Source: Clostridia bacterium | GTDB taxonomy: Bacteria > Bacillota > Clostridia > TANB77 > CAG-508 | Direction of reading: 5' to 3' | Assembly (NCBI GenBank): GCA_022798335.1 | Contig: JAAWMH010000009.1 | Span: 604-64,603, forward strand | Length of the DNA: 64,000 nucleotides | Part shown: piece by piece, positions 54,736 through 64,000 of the stretch | Numbering within the stretch: the stretch's first letter is position 1 | Layout of the letters: each line of letters opens with the position of its first letter | Position numbers and translations under genes: made by a program | The notes under the pieces: model-generated | What the model saw: only the letters and a program-made list of their open reading frames with translations | Database searches by the model: none | Told to the model about the DNA's origin: nothing

Positions 54736-56103
54736 GTGGAAAAAATAAAAAAATGGATTATTATTTTAATCATTTTAATGATATTATTAAGTTTAGCATT
54801 TGTAATACTACTTACCACTTTTTCCTCTGAAGATGGAAAGATAACTTGGCCAGGAGCAATAAAAAATGAAGGAATAGGAAAAGAAGCAGAATCAGTTGAA
54901 GTAGAAAGTAAAATAGCACAAGTAAAAGATTACAACACTTTCTATACCATAGAAAATAGTATACAAAAATATTTTTTATATACAAAAGTAGGAAATAAAC
55001 AAGCTCTAGATGACTTAATTACCGAAGAATATAAAAAGAAAAATAACTTAAGCATAGAAAATATAGTAGAACACTTTCCAAAAATAGAAGAAGACAATGA
55101 ATTTTTACTAAAACAGTTATACTTAAATGATAGTAAAATAAATCCAACCTATTACGCATATGGAGAATTACAACAAAAAAGCAAAAAAGATGAATACTAT
55201 TTTATTATTTATACAGATCAAACTAATTTATGTTGGAGTATAGAACCAATACAAAAACAAGAATATGAAAATAGAATTAAACAAGATAAAAGTAATGAAG
55301 AAAAAACAATTGCAAAAAAACAATATAACTCCATAACACAAAAGATAGTAACAAAAGAAGAAATAGCAAAAAAATATTTTAAAAATTATATATACCAAGC
55401 AGTATATGATAAACAAAGTGCTTATGAATTACTAGAACCACAATATCAAAGAGCAAAATATGGAAATATTACAACATATAGTAAATATCTTGAAGAAAGA
55501 AAAGAAGAATTAACATCTATGGACATATACAGTATTAAAAAAATAGAAGACTTTAAAAATGAAGACGAATATGCCCAATATATTGCAAATTTGCAGCAAA
55601 AAGGATTAAGACAATATTCTATCATAGAAGAAAAAGAATATACACAATATATATGTATAGATGATTATGGAAATTATTATATTTTTAGAGAAACCGCACC
55701 AATGGACTACAAAGTTATATTAGACACGTACACGATAGACTTGCCAGAATTTATAGAAAAATATAATAATTCTACAGGAGAAGAAAAAGCCCTCATGAAC
55801 ATTCAAAAATTCTTCGAAGCAATCAATCAAGGGGACTATGCATATGCTTATACAAAACTAGACACAAATTTCAAAACAAATAATTTTAAAACACTACAAG
55901 AATTTGAAAGCTATGTAAAGAATCATTTTTATGCAAAAAATAAGCTAACAGCTGAAAAAATGGATCCACAAGGAGAATTATATTTATATAAAATCAATAT
56001 AAATGATAAAACAGAGCAAAATCAAAATACTATAACTAAAACTTTTGTAATACAACTAAAAGAAGAAACAGACTTTGTTATGTCCTTTCAAGTGTCAGTT
56101 TAA
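54736..56103 (+). CDS. bitopic membrane protein of unknown function
   Basis: N-terminal TM; repeated AY..L...Y/F helices also seen in 50904..51887. Confidence 0.7.
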   Translation: MEKIKKWIIILIILMILLSLAFVILLTTFSSEDGKITWPGAIKNEGIGKEAESVEVESKIAQVKDYNTFYTIENSIQKYFLYTKVGNKQALDDLITEEYKKKNNLSIENIVEHFPKIEEDNEFLLKQLYLNDSKINPTYYAYGELQQKSKKDEYYFIIYTDQTNLCWSIEPIQKQEYENRIKQDKSNEEKTIAKKQYNSITQKIVTKEEIAKKYFKNYIYQAVYDKQSAYELLEPQYQRAKYGNITTYSKYLEERKEELTSMDIYSIKKIEDFKNEDEYAQYIANLQQKGLRQYSIIEEKEYTQYICIDDYGNYYIFRETAPMDYKVILDTYTIDLPEFIEKYNNSTGEEKALMNIQKFFEAINQGDYAYAYTKLDTNFKTNNFKTLQEFESYVKNHFYAKNKLTAEKMDPQGELYLYKININDKTEQNQNTITKTFVIQLKEETDFVMSFQVSV

Positions 56104-56309
56104 GTCTCAGTTTGTCAGTTTAGGGACGTACCTGTTTTGACCAAAACTGTCAGTTAGGGGACACTCTTTTACTAAATACCTACAGTAAGCTGTATATAAT
56201 GGTTTGTAAATACTAATAGAGGCCATTTAAGTTAGGAGAATACTTTAGATAATAAAGAGCAGTTCAATAAAAAGGGACTGCTCTACCTGTAAGAAAGGAG
56301 CAATTTAGG

Positions 56310-57644
56310 ATGCAAGAAAGTAGAGTAAGCAAAGTAAAACAAACGATGATACAAATTAGTTCACAAATAGAAGAAAGAGAAAAAAAGCAAGAAGAAAAAG
56401 CAAAACTTGAAAATGTTACATATTATGAAGAATTTGAATTTAAAAATGTAGGATTACGAGACAGAAACCTATACATTACAAAACTAGAAATAGGACAAGG
56501 AAAGCAAAAAACAGTAGTTTATGAAATATATGATGAAAATGCAAATCTGATAGCTACAGTAGATATAAAAGGAAAAATTCATTTTATGCCAGAATATATA
56601 GAAGCATTAAGAAAAATTGACGCAAGATATGTAGAAATGTTAAATCTAGAAGACGCTAAATTTGAATTGCCAGAAGAACTAGGAGAAAATGATATTTCAT
56701 TGCAAGAAATAGAAATAAAAGAAGCACAAAAATTATTACAAAAAGAAGAGCAAGAAGAAACAAGCATAGAAAAAGCTAAAGACATTACAAAAGCAGAAGA
56801 AATCGAAGCATATTCAGAAATGCAAACCAATCAAACTTTTGATAAAATAACCAATAAACAAGAAATTGATCCAAACGCTAAAGTAACACAAACAGAAACG
56901 CTAGCAGATATGATACCAGAAATAAAACAAAAAGGATTTGTAAAAATAGGAGTAGTATATTCAGATAGAACAAAAACAAATCATGGTAGATTTACTTTTG
57001 TAGGAATTACAGCACAAGGAGAAATGATGCCAATAGAAAGTTTAGAAAATGCACAAGCAGCATCAACAGGGCAAAGCATTATGTCTATTAACAGCAATGA
57101 TGGAAGTGTTATAGAAAAAGAACAAGTATCAGGAATGGTAAAACTAAATAGAGGAAATACTTTAAACGCAACAGAAGAATACCTTTCTATAAAAATTGGA
57201 CAATATGGAGTAATAGAAGTAGACTATGTAAGAAGACAACTAGGAAAAAATAAGGAAGATGCATACTTTTCAGCACCAGTAGAAACACAAAATCAAATGC
57301 CAACAACAAGGCAAGTAAAAGAAATGATGGATAAGCATTCTAATACTAGCCTAGAAGACGAAATAAATAAAGGAGCGCCAGAGATACAAAGAGATGGAGA
57401 AACAAGAATAGAAAATATAGATAAAATAGCATCTAATGATATGCTAGGAATAGACGATATTTTAGTATTAGAAGATGGAACGCAAACAACAATTAGACAA
57501 GAAGCCCAAAAAGCAAAAGTAAGTCCAGAAGAATTTTTAAACAAATATGAAAGAAAAACAGGAAAAACACCAGATGAAATATTAGAACAAGTACATGAAG
57601 AGATAGAAGAAGAATATATAGGTACAGATGAAAGAAAAATATAA
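56310..57644 (+). CDS. acidic hypothetical protein
   Basis: 444 aa ORF, RBS aaggag, host-like codon usage. Confidence 0.75.
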   Translation: MQESRVSKVKQTMIQISSQIEEREKKQEEKAKLENVTYYEEFEFKNVGLRDRNLYITKLEIGQGKQKTVVYEIYDENANLIATVDIKGKIHFMPEYIEALRKIDARYVEMLNLEDAKFELPEELGENDISLQEIEIKEAQKLLQKEEQEETSIEKAKDITKAEEIEAYSEMQTNQTFDKITNKQEIDPNAKVTQTETLADMIPEIKQKGFVKIGVVYSDRTKTNHGRFTFVGITAQGEMMPIESLENAQAASTGQSIMSINSNDGSVIEKEQVSGMVKLNRGNTLNATEEYLSIKIGQYGVIEVDYVRRQLGKNKEDAYFSAPVETQNQMPTTRQVKEMMDKHSNTSLEDEINKGAPEIQRDGETRIENIDKIASNDMLGIDDILVLEDGTQTTIRQEAQKAKVSPEEFLNKYERKTGKTPDEILEQVHEEIEEEYIGTDERKI

Positions 57645-57655
57645 AAAATAAGAAT

Positions 57656-57697
57656 AAAAATCACCTTATCAAATATAATGAAGAAGGTGATTTTTTT
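57656..57697 (+). terminator. intrinsic terminator
   Basis: aaaaatcacctt...aaggtgattttttt. Confidence 0.7.
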
Positions 57698-57768
57698 AAA
57701 ATACATAAAAAAATGTTAAAATTTCACTTTACAAACTATATTTTTTATAGAAATGAGGAACAGCTTGT

Positions 57769-59001
57769 ATGAAAATATGTTCAAAAATAGGAGTTTTAAT
57801 ATTTACAATTTTATGGCTTGTTATTACTAATATATCCTATGCAAATTTAGAAGAAAATGAAATTATTAATATAAAAAATATTCAGAAGGAAGTAACAATA
57901 CAAACAGCAAATATAGCCCAAGATCCAAATTTAAATGCAAGAATAGGGCTAATATTAGATAGAAAATCAAAAAGTATTTTATACGAAAAAAATGGGCAAA
58001 AACAGGTACCAATGGCAAGTACCACCAAAATTATGACAGCAATTGTAATTTTAGAAAATGCAGATTTAAAAACAGTAGTAACAGTTGAAAAAAAAGCAGC
58101 AGGAACAGGAGGATCAAGATTAGGATTAAAAGTAAATGATAAAATAACAATACATGACTTATTATATGGTCTTATGTTAGAATCAGGAAATGATGCAGCA
58201 GTAGCATTAGCTATTGAAGTAGGAGGAAGCGTAGAAGGTTTTAGTCAGATGATGAATAAGCAAGCACAAAAAATGGGACTAATTAATAGCCACTTTGTAA
58301 CTCCACACGGTTTAGATCAAACAGGACATTATACTACTGCATATGAGCTAGCATGTATGGCAGATTATGCACTAAATATTCCTAAATTTAAAGAAATTGT
58401 AAGTACAAAAAATTATCAAATAACCATTAATGGAAAAAGCAGAACCATTTCAAATACAAATGAATTATTAGGAAATTTAGATGGTGTGTATGGAGTAAAA
58501 ACAGGATTTACAAATGGAGCAAACCGCTGCTTAGTAACTAGCTGCAAAAGAGGGAACTTAGATATTATTACAGTGGTACTAGGAGCAGATACCAAAAAAA
58601 TAAGAACAGCAGACAGTATGAAACTAATAGAATATGCCTATCAAAATTATGAAGTAATAAACTTGCAAGAAAAAATACAAGAACAATTCGAAAAATGGAA
58701 ACAATTAAATGAAAAACGCATATATATTAATAAAGGAAAAACAAATAAAATAGAATTAAAAATAGAAGATTTAACTTATCAAGAAATGGCAGTAAAGAAA
58801 ATAGAAAAAGATAATATAGTAATAGAAATTAATTCATTATACTATTTAGAAGCACCAGTAAAACAAAACGAAATAATAGGAAATGCACAAATACAATTGA
58901 AGGGAGAAACAATTAGTACACTAAATATAGTTGCAAAAAATCAGATAGAGAAAAAAGAAGTGTTAGACTATTTTAAGCAATTTTTAAAACTAGTACCTTG
59001 A
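57769..59001 (+). CDS. D-alanyl-D-alanine carboxypeptidase (S11, DacB/DacF-like)
   Basis: MASTTK, SGN, PHGLD, KTGFT. Confidence 0.92.
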   Translation: MKICSKIGVLIFTILWLVITNISYANLEENEIINIKNIQKEVTIQTANIAQDPNLNARIGLILDRKSKSILYEKNGQKQVPMASTTKIMTAIVILENADLKTVVTVEKKAAGTGGSRLGLKVNDKITIHDLLYGLMLESGNDAAVALAIEVGGSVEGFSQMMNKQAQKMGLINSHFVTPHGLDQTGHYTTAYELACMADYALNIPKFKEIVSTKNYQITINGKSRTISNTNELLGNLDGVYGVKTGFTNGANRCLVTSCKRGNLDIITVVLGADTKKIRTADSMKLIEYAYQNYEVINLQEKIQEQFEKWKQLNEKRIYINKGKTNKIELKIEDLTYQEMAVKKIEKDNIVIEINSLYYLEAPVKQNEIIGNAQIQLKGETISTLNIVAKNQIEKKEVLDYFKQFLKLVP

Positions 59002-59026
59002 CTTTTCTAGGAAAATTTGTTATGAT
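58998..59026 (+). promoter_or_regulatory. sigma-A promoter of the tRNA operon
   Basis: TTGACT-17 bp-TATGAT. Confidence 0.7.
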
Positions 59027-59054
59027 AAGTATGCTCGTAAAAAAGAGCATATTT

Positions 59055-59130
59055 GCGGGAATAGCTCAGTTGATAGAGCGCTGCCTTGCCAAGGCAGAGG
59101 TCGCGGGTTTGAGCCCCGTTTCCCGCTCCA
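59055..59130 (+). tRNA. tRNA-Gly(GCC) with A19/U56
   Basis: 76 nt cloverleaf; acceptor GCGGGAA/TTCCCGC, U73, encoded CCA; anticodon arm CTGCC-TTGCCAA-GGCAG. Confidence 0.95.
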
Positions 59131-59218
59131 ATTTTATAGCACTATAGCCATGTAGCTGAGGTGTTTAGGCTGTGCTCATTACAACTTCAGTATACAAAAA
59201 CTATAAAGTATTATAATC

Positions 59219-59292
59219 GGCGCTATAGCCAAGTGGTAAGGCACGAGTCTGCAAAACTCTGATCCCCGGTTCAAATCCGGGTGGCGCCTCCA
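59219..59292 (+). tRNA. tRNA-Cys(GCA)
   Basis: GGCGCTA acceptor, loop CTGCAAA, T-loop TTCAAAT, U73, CCA. Confidence 0.95.
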
Positions 59293-59481
59293 AGAAATTA
59301 GCATTTTGGTTCAAAGTCAATAGTTGGGGTGAGATACCTGAAAAGTATTCTTATCTCAGCTTTTTTTATTGGTCAAAAATTTTAGACAAAAGATGTTCAA
59401 AATCGTTGATTTTAGGCAATTCGATTCAATAGATTATTAGTGTCTCTAAAATATAGATAATTTGTAGAATAGGAGAAAAAA

Positions 59482-60060
59482 ATGAAAAATATAGCAATAT
59501 TTGGAGCAAGCCGTTCAGGCAAATCAACACTATCTAGAATGATAGCTAAAAAGTATCCACAGTATCAAATTTTTGTAGGAGACGATATAAGAGGAGCATT
59601 CCAACATATTTTACCTCAAAACAAAATAAATAGTAGAGGTGGAAGCGGTATGCAAGGAGACTTTCAAAAGTTTTTAGCATACTTATTTTATAAAAGTATT
59701 AAAAGTATTAAAAGAAATAAAGGAGACTTTAATTATATTGTAGAAACATGTGATATGGAACCAGAACAAGCAAAAGAATTATTTAATGAAAAAAATACGA
59801 TTGTTTTATTTTTAGGTTTCCCAAAACAAACCGTAGAACAGCATATAGAGCAAATCAAAGAATATCAAACACCAAAAGATTGGACTTATACAAGAACAGA
59901 AAAATGCATTTTAGAACATGCTAAAGACTGGACAAAAAAGAGTAAGGAATTTGAGGAAAAATGCAAAGAGTTAGATATATGGTTTGTAGATACATCAAAA
60001 GATAGAGAAAAAGTATTAAAAGATACTATACAAACTATAGAAAATCTAATAGCAGAATAA
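59482..60060 (+). CDS. P-loop kinase-like protein
   Basis: GASRSGKST, GDDIR. Confidence 0.75.
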   Translation: MKNIAIFGASRSGKSTLSRMIAKKYPQYQIFVGDDIRGAFQHILPQNKINSRGGSGMQGDFQKFLAYLFYKSIKSIKRNKGDFNYIVETCDMEPEQAKELFNEKNTIVLFLGFPKQTVEQHIEQIKEYQTPKDWTYTRTEKCILEHAKDWTKKSKEFEEKCKELDIWFVDTSKDREKVLKDTIQTIENLIAE

Positions 60061-60336
60061 AAGAGCAAAAGATATATTTTTAGGTCAGAGCATTAGTAAA
60101 ATGTAAAAATATTTTTAGCAAATGAAATTGCTTAAGGTAAAAAAGCCTTAAGCAATTTTGCTACGGACATAAATTTAAGAGGCTAAAATCTTGAAAATGT
60201 TACGAAAATGTAATATAATTGTAAAACGCAGGTAGAAAAACAAAACAAAAAGAAGAAATTACAAAATCCGTAGGAAAAAAATAAATACCAAATATTACAA
60301 AACAGAAAAAATTGGAAAAGTAGGTAAAACCTGCTA

Positions 60337-60365
60337 TTGACATGAGTAAAGAACGAAAGTAAAAT
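60337..60365 (+). promoter_or_regulatory. sigma-A promoter
   Basis: TTGACA-17 bp-TAAAAT. Confidence 0.65.
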
Positions 60366-60404
60366 AGAATATATAGTAATAGGTAAAAAAGGATGGGAGA
60401 AAAC

Positions 60405-63400
60405 ATGAAATTAAAAAGAGGAATACTATTCATTATAATTTTATTCTTAACAATGTTAGTAATAAGCTCATTTGGAACAGTAAAAGCAGCAACAGGAAGC
60501 TTATACTTAAATATTAAAATGTTAAGAAATTCAGGTTATGGTTATCAATTAGCCAACGGGCAAAAAAATGTATGGAAAATTTATGAAGTAGGTGGAAATG
60601 TAGATGACACTATTTACTGTCTAAAAGGAGGACCAGGATTTGGTTCAGGAGATTTTGCAACAGGAAGTCCACAAGAAACACACTACACACAATATTTTGA
60701 TTTAAAAAATCCAAGTAGTATTACCCCAAGTATATATTTAAATGCATTACCAACAGTAAATAGTCTTAATTATACCGCTTTAATTTGGATATTAGATAAT
60801 TGCTATGTAGCACCAAAAGCAGGAGCTTCAACAGAAAAGAGACAAGAAGCAGCAGAAAATAAAAGAATCTTATTAGAAGCAGCAGCAGCTTATGCAAAAG
60901 CAGAAGGAAATCCAGATATTTCAAGTTCAGGAAGAGAATTTAGCTATTTAACAGATGATGATATAGATGCAACTCAACAATTAGCAGTATGGTATTATAC
61001 AAACCCAACAGGTCCTTACCATGTAACCACATTTGAATTTTGGCTAAATAGGGTAGCAGGAACAGATGGAAATTATCAGCCATTAGATGAAGTAGATGGA
61101 GGAGCCATCTTTACAAGAGGAGAAGAAAGAGCAGCAGCATGTCAAGCATTGTTTGATTATTTAGTAGAAACACCACAAAAGCCAGGATTTACATATGATT
61201 ATGCAAGTAGTGGTTTGACTCAAGCACCAGTACAACTTGCAGATACTAATATCACAGCAGTACCACAAGGCGACAGAATAATTATAGGACCATATAGAAT
61301 AGAAGAATTAAGAAATATAAAATATTCTTTAGAAAAAACAATACTAGATGGAAACGGAAATACCATTTCAAATGCTATTTTATTAGATAGAAATCAAAAC
61401 GAAGTTGCAAGTAGCACAACACTAAAAGATTTAATAGGACAAAACTTCTATATTTCTGTTCCAACAGGAACAAATACTAGTAGAGTAGAATTTAAAATAA
61501 GCGGATCATTCTTTACAACAACAACAACCTATTGGTCAGTAGCAAACCCAGGAGCAACAGACCAACCAGTAGTAAAAATAGAAAAAACACCAAACACATA
61601 TGAAGATGAAAAAACTTATACAGAAGCACCAGTAGAAATATTTGATTTAGCATTAAGAAAATTTATTACTTCTATTCAAGGAGCAGCACCAGAAAAAACA
61701 AGAGAGCCACAAATAGAATCTACAGAAATTACAAAATTAATTAATGGAACAACTCAAACAGCAACAAAAGTTCATCCAAAAAATCCATTAGTAGTAAAAA
61801 AAGGTGACAAAGTAATTTATACCATTAGAGTATACAATGAAGGAAACGTAGGAGGTTATGCTACACAAGTAACAGACTACTTACCAGAAGGATTAATCTT
61901 CTTACCAGAAAGCAATATCAATAAAACATATGGCTGGACAAATCCATCAGGAGATGGAAAGACCATTGTAACAGACTACTTAAAAGATGCTTTAATCAAT
62001 CCAGTAACAACTACAAGCACACAATTAGATTATAAAGACTTACAAATAGAATGTGAAGTAGCAAGCACAGCTACTAATAGCACATTAAAAAATATTACAG
62101 AAATAACTGCACACAAAGATGAACATGGAAATACAGCAGTAGTAGATAGAGACTCTGAGCCAAACAGCTTAACAGAAAATCAAAAAAATAATTATGGCGA
62201 AACACAAAAACAAGATGATGATGATTTTGAAAATTTAATTTTATTTGAAAATGGGTTTGATTTAACATTAAGAAAATTTATCATTTCCATTGCAGGAAAT
62301 GCACCAGAAGAAGATAGAACACCAAAAATACCAACAGCAGAGCTTACAAAATTAAAAAATGGAACAACAACTACTGTAAATAAAGAACATCCAAAAAATG
62401 CTTTAACCGTAAAAACAGGAGATAAAGTAGTATATAAAATAAGAGTATATAATGAAGGAAACGTAGCAGGATATGCAGCAGAAATAACAGACCACTTACC
62501 AGCAGGACTAACCTTCTTACCAGAAAGTGATATCAATAAAGCATATGGCTGGAGTAATCCATCAGGAGACGGAAAAACTATTGTAACTACCTACTTAGCA
62601 GATAAATTATTAGATGCATTTGATGGAACAGACTTAGACTATGAAGATATTCAAATAGAATGTGAGGTTACAGCAGCAGTAACAGATAAAGATCAATCTT
62701 TAAAAAATATTGCAGAAATTACAAAAAATAGAGACGAAGACGGAAATCCAGTAGAAGACCGTGATTCTACACCAAATAATGTAGATAAAAATAATTATGG
62801 AGAAACAAATCAAGAAGATGATGACGACTTTGAAAACTTAATTTTAAAAGGACAATATTTTGACTTATCATTAAGAAAATTCATTACAGGAGTAAATGAT
62901 AGACAAATAACTAATAGAGAACCACAAGTAATATTAGAAGAACTAAAAGATGGAAGTAAAACAACAGCCACCTATGAACATCCTAAAACTCCAATAGGTG
63001 TTTCTAATGGAGATATTGTAACATATACGATTCGTGTATACAATGAAGGACAAATAGATGGATATGTAACAGAAATAACAGATCATTTACCAGAACAATT
63101 AGAATTTTTAGTAGAAGATAGCTTAAATGCAAAATATGGATGGACAGTAGAAACAGATGGAAGAACAGTAAAAACAACAATAACTTCACCAAATACAAAC
63201 CATTCTGCAAGCAGAGACGAAATCTATAATAATAGAAGAGCAGAAACGGACAAAGTATTACTAGAAGCATTTGATGGAAATAACTTAAATTACATTGACG
63301 TTCAAATAAAATGTAAAGTAAAAGAAGATATTAACTTATACCAAAAAATTACTAACATAGCACAAATTACAGCGTTTACAGACAGCGAAGGAAATCCGAT

Positions 63401-64000
63401 TAATGATAGAGATTCAGCAGAAAAAAATGTAGTATTACCAAATGATCAAGAATTACCAAGCTACAAAGACGTAGAAATTGACCGTGGAGATAAATACATT
63501 CCAGGACAACAAGATGATGATGATTTTGAAAAATTAGTATTACAAAGATTTGATTTATCATTAAGAAAATTCATTACAGGAGTAAACGACAAAGAAATTA
63601 CCAATAGAGCACCAGTATTTACAAAAGTAAATGATACAGAATATAAATATGAGCACACCAAAGAGCCAGTATTAGTAGCAAATGGAAATACAGTGATCTA
63701 TACTTTAAGAATTTTCAATGAAGGAAATGTAGCAGGATATGCAAAAGAAATCAAAGATAACTTACCAGAAGGATTAGTATTTTTACCAGAACATGAATTA
63801 AATCAAGAGTATCGTTGGAAAATGATAAAAGAAGATGGAACACAAACCGATAACTTAGAAGAAGCAGTATCTATTAGAACAGACTATTTATCAAAAGAAC
63901 AAGAAAAGCAAGAAGGAGCAAACCTAATAAAAGAATATAATCCAGCAACAATGACAATGCCAGATTATAAAGACGTTAAAATAGCCTTTAAAGTTACAGA
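60405..64000 (+). CDS. large secreted surface protein with a Cys-Gln thioester domain and ~200-230 aa Ig-like (DUF11-type) repeats; 3'-truncated by the window
   Basis: Absent from the ORF track because it has no stop. Signal peptide, YCLKGG (C72), ATQQLAVWYY (Q191); DL.LRKFI...YTIRVYNEG...TD.LP.GL repeats at 61644, 62259, 62862 and 63552. Confidence 0.85.
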   Translation, partial: MKLKRGILFIIILFLTMLVISSFGTVKAATGSLYLNIKMLRNSGYGYQLANGQKNVWKIYEVGGNVDDTIYCLKGGPGFGSGDFATGSPQETHYTQYFDLKNPSSITPSIYLNALPTVNSLNYTALIWILDNCYVAPKAGASTEKRQEAAENKRILLEAAAAYAKAEGNPDISSSGREFSYLTDDDIDATQQLAVWYYTNPTGPYHVTTFEFWLNRVAGTDGNYQPLDEVDGGAIFTRGEERAAACQALFDYLVETPQKPGFTYDYASSGLTQAPVQLADTNITAVPQGDRIIIGPYRIEELRNIKYSLEKTILDGNGNTISNAILLDRNQNEVASSTTLKDLIGQNFYISVPTGTNTSRVEFKISGSFFTTTTTYWSVANPGATDQPVVKIEKTPNTYEDEKTYTEAPVEIFDLALRKFITSIQGAAPEKTREPQIESTEITKLINGTTQTATKVHPKNPLVVKKGDKVIYTIRVYNEGNVGGYATQVTDYLPEGLIFLPESNINKTYGWTNPSGDGKTIVTDYLKDALINPVTTTSTQLDYKDLQIECEVASTATNSTLKNITEITAHKDEHGNTAVVDRDSEPNSLTENQKNNYGETQKQDDDDFENLILFENGFDLTLRKFIISIAGNAPEEDRTPKIPTAELTKLKNGTTTTVNKEHPKNALTVKTGDKVVYKIRVYNEGNVAGYAAEITDHLPAGLTFLPESDINKAYGWSNPSGDGKTIVTTYLADKLLDAFDGTDLDYEDIQIECEVTAAVTDKDQSLKNIAEITKNRDEDGNPVEDRDSTPNNVDKNNYGETNQEDDDDFENLILKGQYFDLSLRKFITGVNDRQITNREPQVILEELKDGSKTTATYEHPKTPIGVSNGDIVTYTIRVYNEGQIDGYVTEITDHLPEQLEFLVEDSLNAKYGWTVETDGRTVKTTITSPNTNHSASRDEIYNNRRAETDKVLLEAFDGNNLNYIDVQIKCKVKEDINLYQKITNIAQITAFTDSEGNPINDRDSAEKNVVLPNDQELPSYKDVEIDRGDKYIPGQQDDDDFEKLVLQRFDLSLRKFITGVNDKEITNRAPVFTKVNDTEYKYEHTKEPVLVANGNTVIYTLRIFNEGNVAGYAKEIKDNLPEGLVFLPEHELNQEYRWKMIKEDGTQTDNLEEAVSIRTDYLSKEQEKQEGANLIKEYNPATMTMPDYKDVKIAFKVT

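Noticed and set aside
43077..57644. Complete ICE or prophage
   Set aside because: No integrase, relaxase, VirD4, att repeats or phage structural genes
59055..59130. Classical frameshift-suppressor tRNA with an 8 nt anticodon loop
   Set aside because: The loop is a standard 7 nt (TTGCCAA)
5159..63661. Numerous 60-150 aa minus-strand ORFs rich in F/L/S/I
   Set aside because: They are antisense shadows of A-rich + strand genes, with no RBS or motifs
61644..64000. CRISPR array or DNA-level tandem repeat
   Set aside because: The repeats are 600-690 bp in-frame protein domains; no CRISPR array or cas gene was seen in the window

Overview
A low-GC, strongly + strand-biased chromosomal segment. 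Gene content (Spo0E-like protein, sigK-like promoter, rpsU-yqeY, nrdDG, prs, Dac carboxypeptidase) suggests a spore-forming Clostridia-type Firmicute; this placement is inference. The main signal is a recurrent +1 frameshift: seven otherwise intact genes (SspC-like ATPase, comM, dprA, ABC permease, SDR, M16 peptidase, VirB6-like) break at 12 sites. Every break is an in-frame CGG whose removal of the C yields a Gly codon (C-GGN) and a full-length protein, usually restoring a conserved Gly motif. On a manual scan I found no in-frame CGG in any other native gene. This suggests CGG acts as a +1 shift or quadruplet-Gly signal in this lineage, and the tRNA-Gly(GCC) in the window has an unusual A19:U56 elbow. 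Also present: (i) an Ssp-like phosphorothioation cluster joined to an SF2 helicase, a MORC/GHKL ATPase and a PLD nuclease; (ii) a 7 kb serine-recombinase element that splits an ABC ATPase gene at a CAGAAG core and carries PK-like, PurA-like, kinase, J-domain/Ser-Thr kinase and vWA genes, each with an apparently normal in-frame CGG; (iii) a relaxase-less T4SS-like locus with three pilins; (iv) an AbiE-type TA pair and a tRNA-Met att remnant; (v) tRNA-Gly and tRNA-Cys; (vi) a large thioester-domain surface protein running off the right end.
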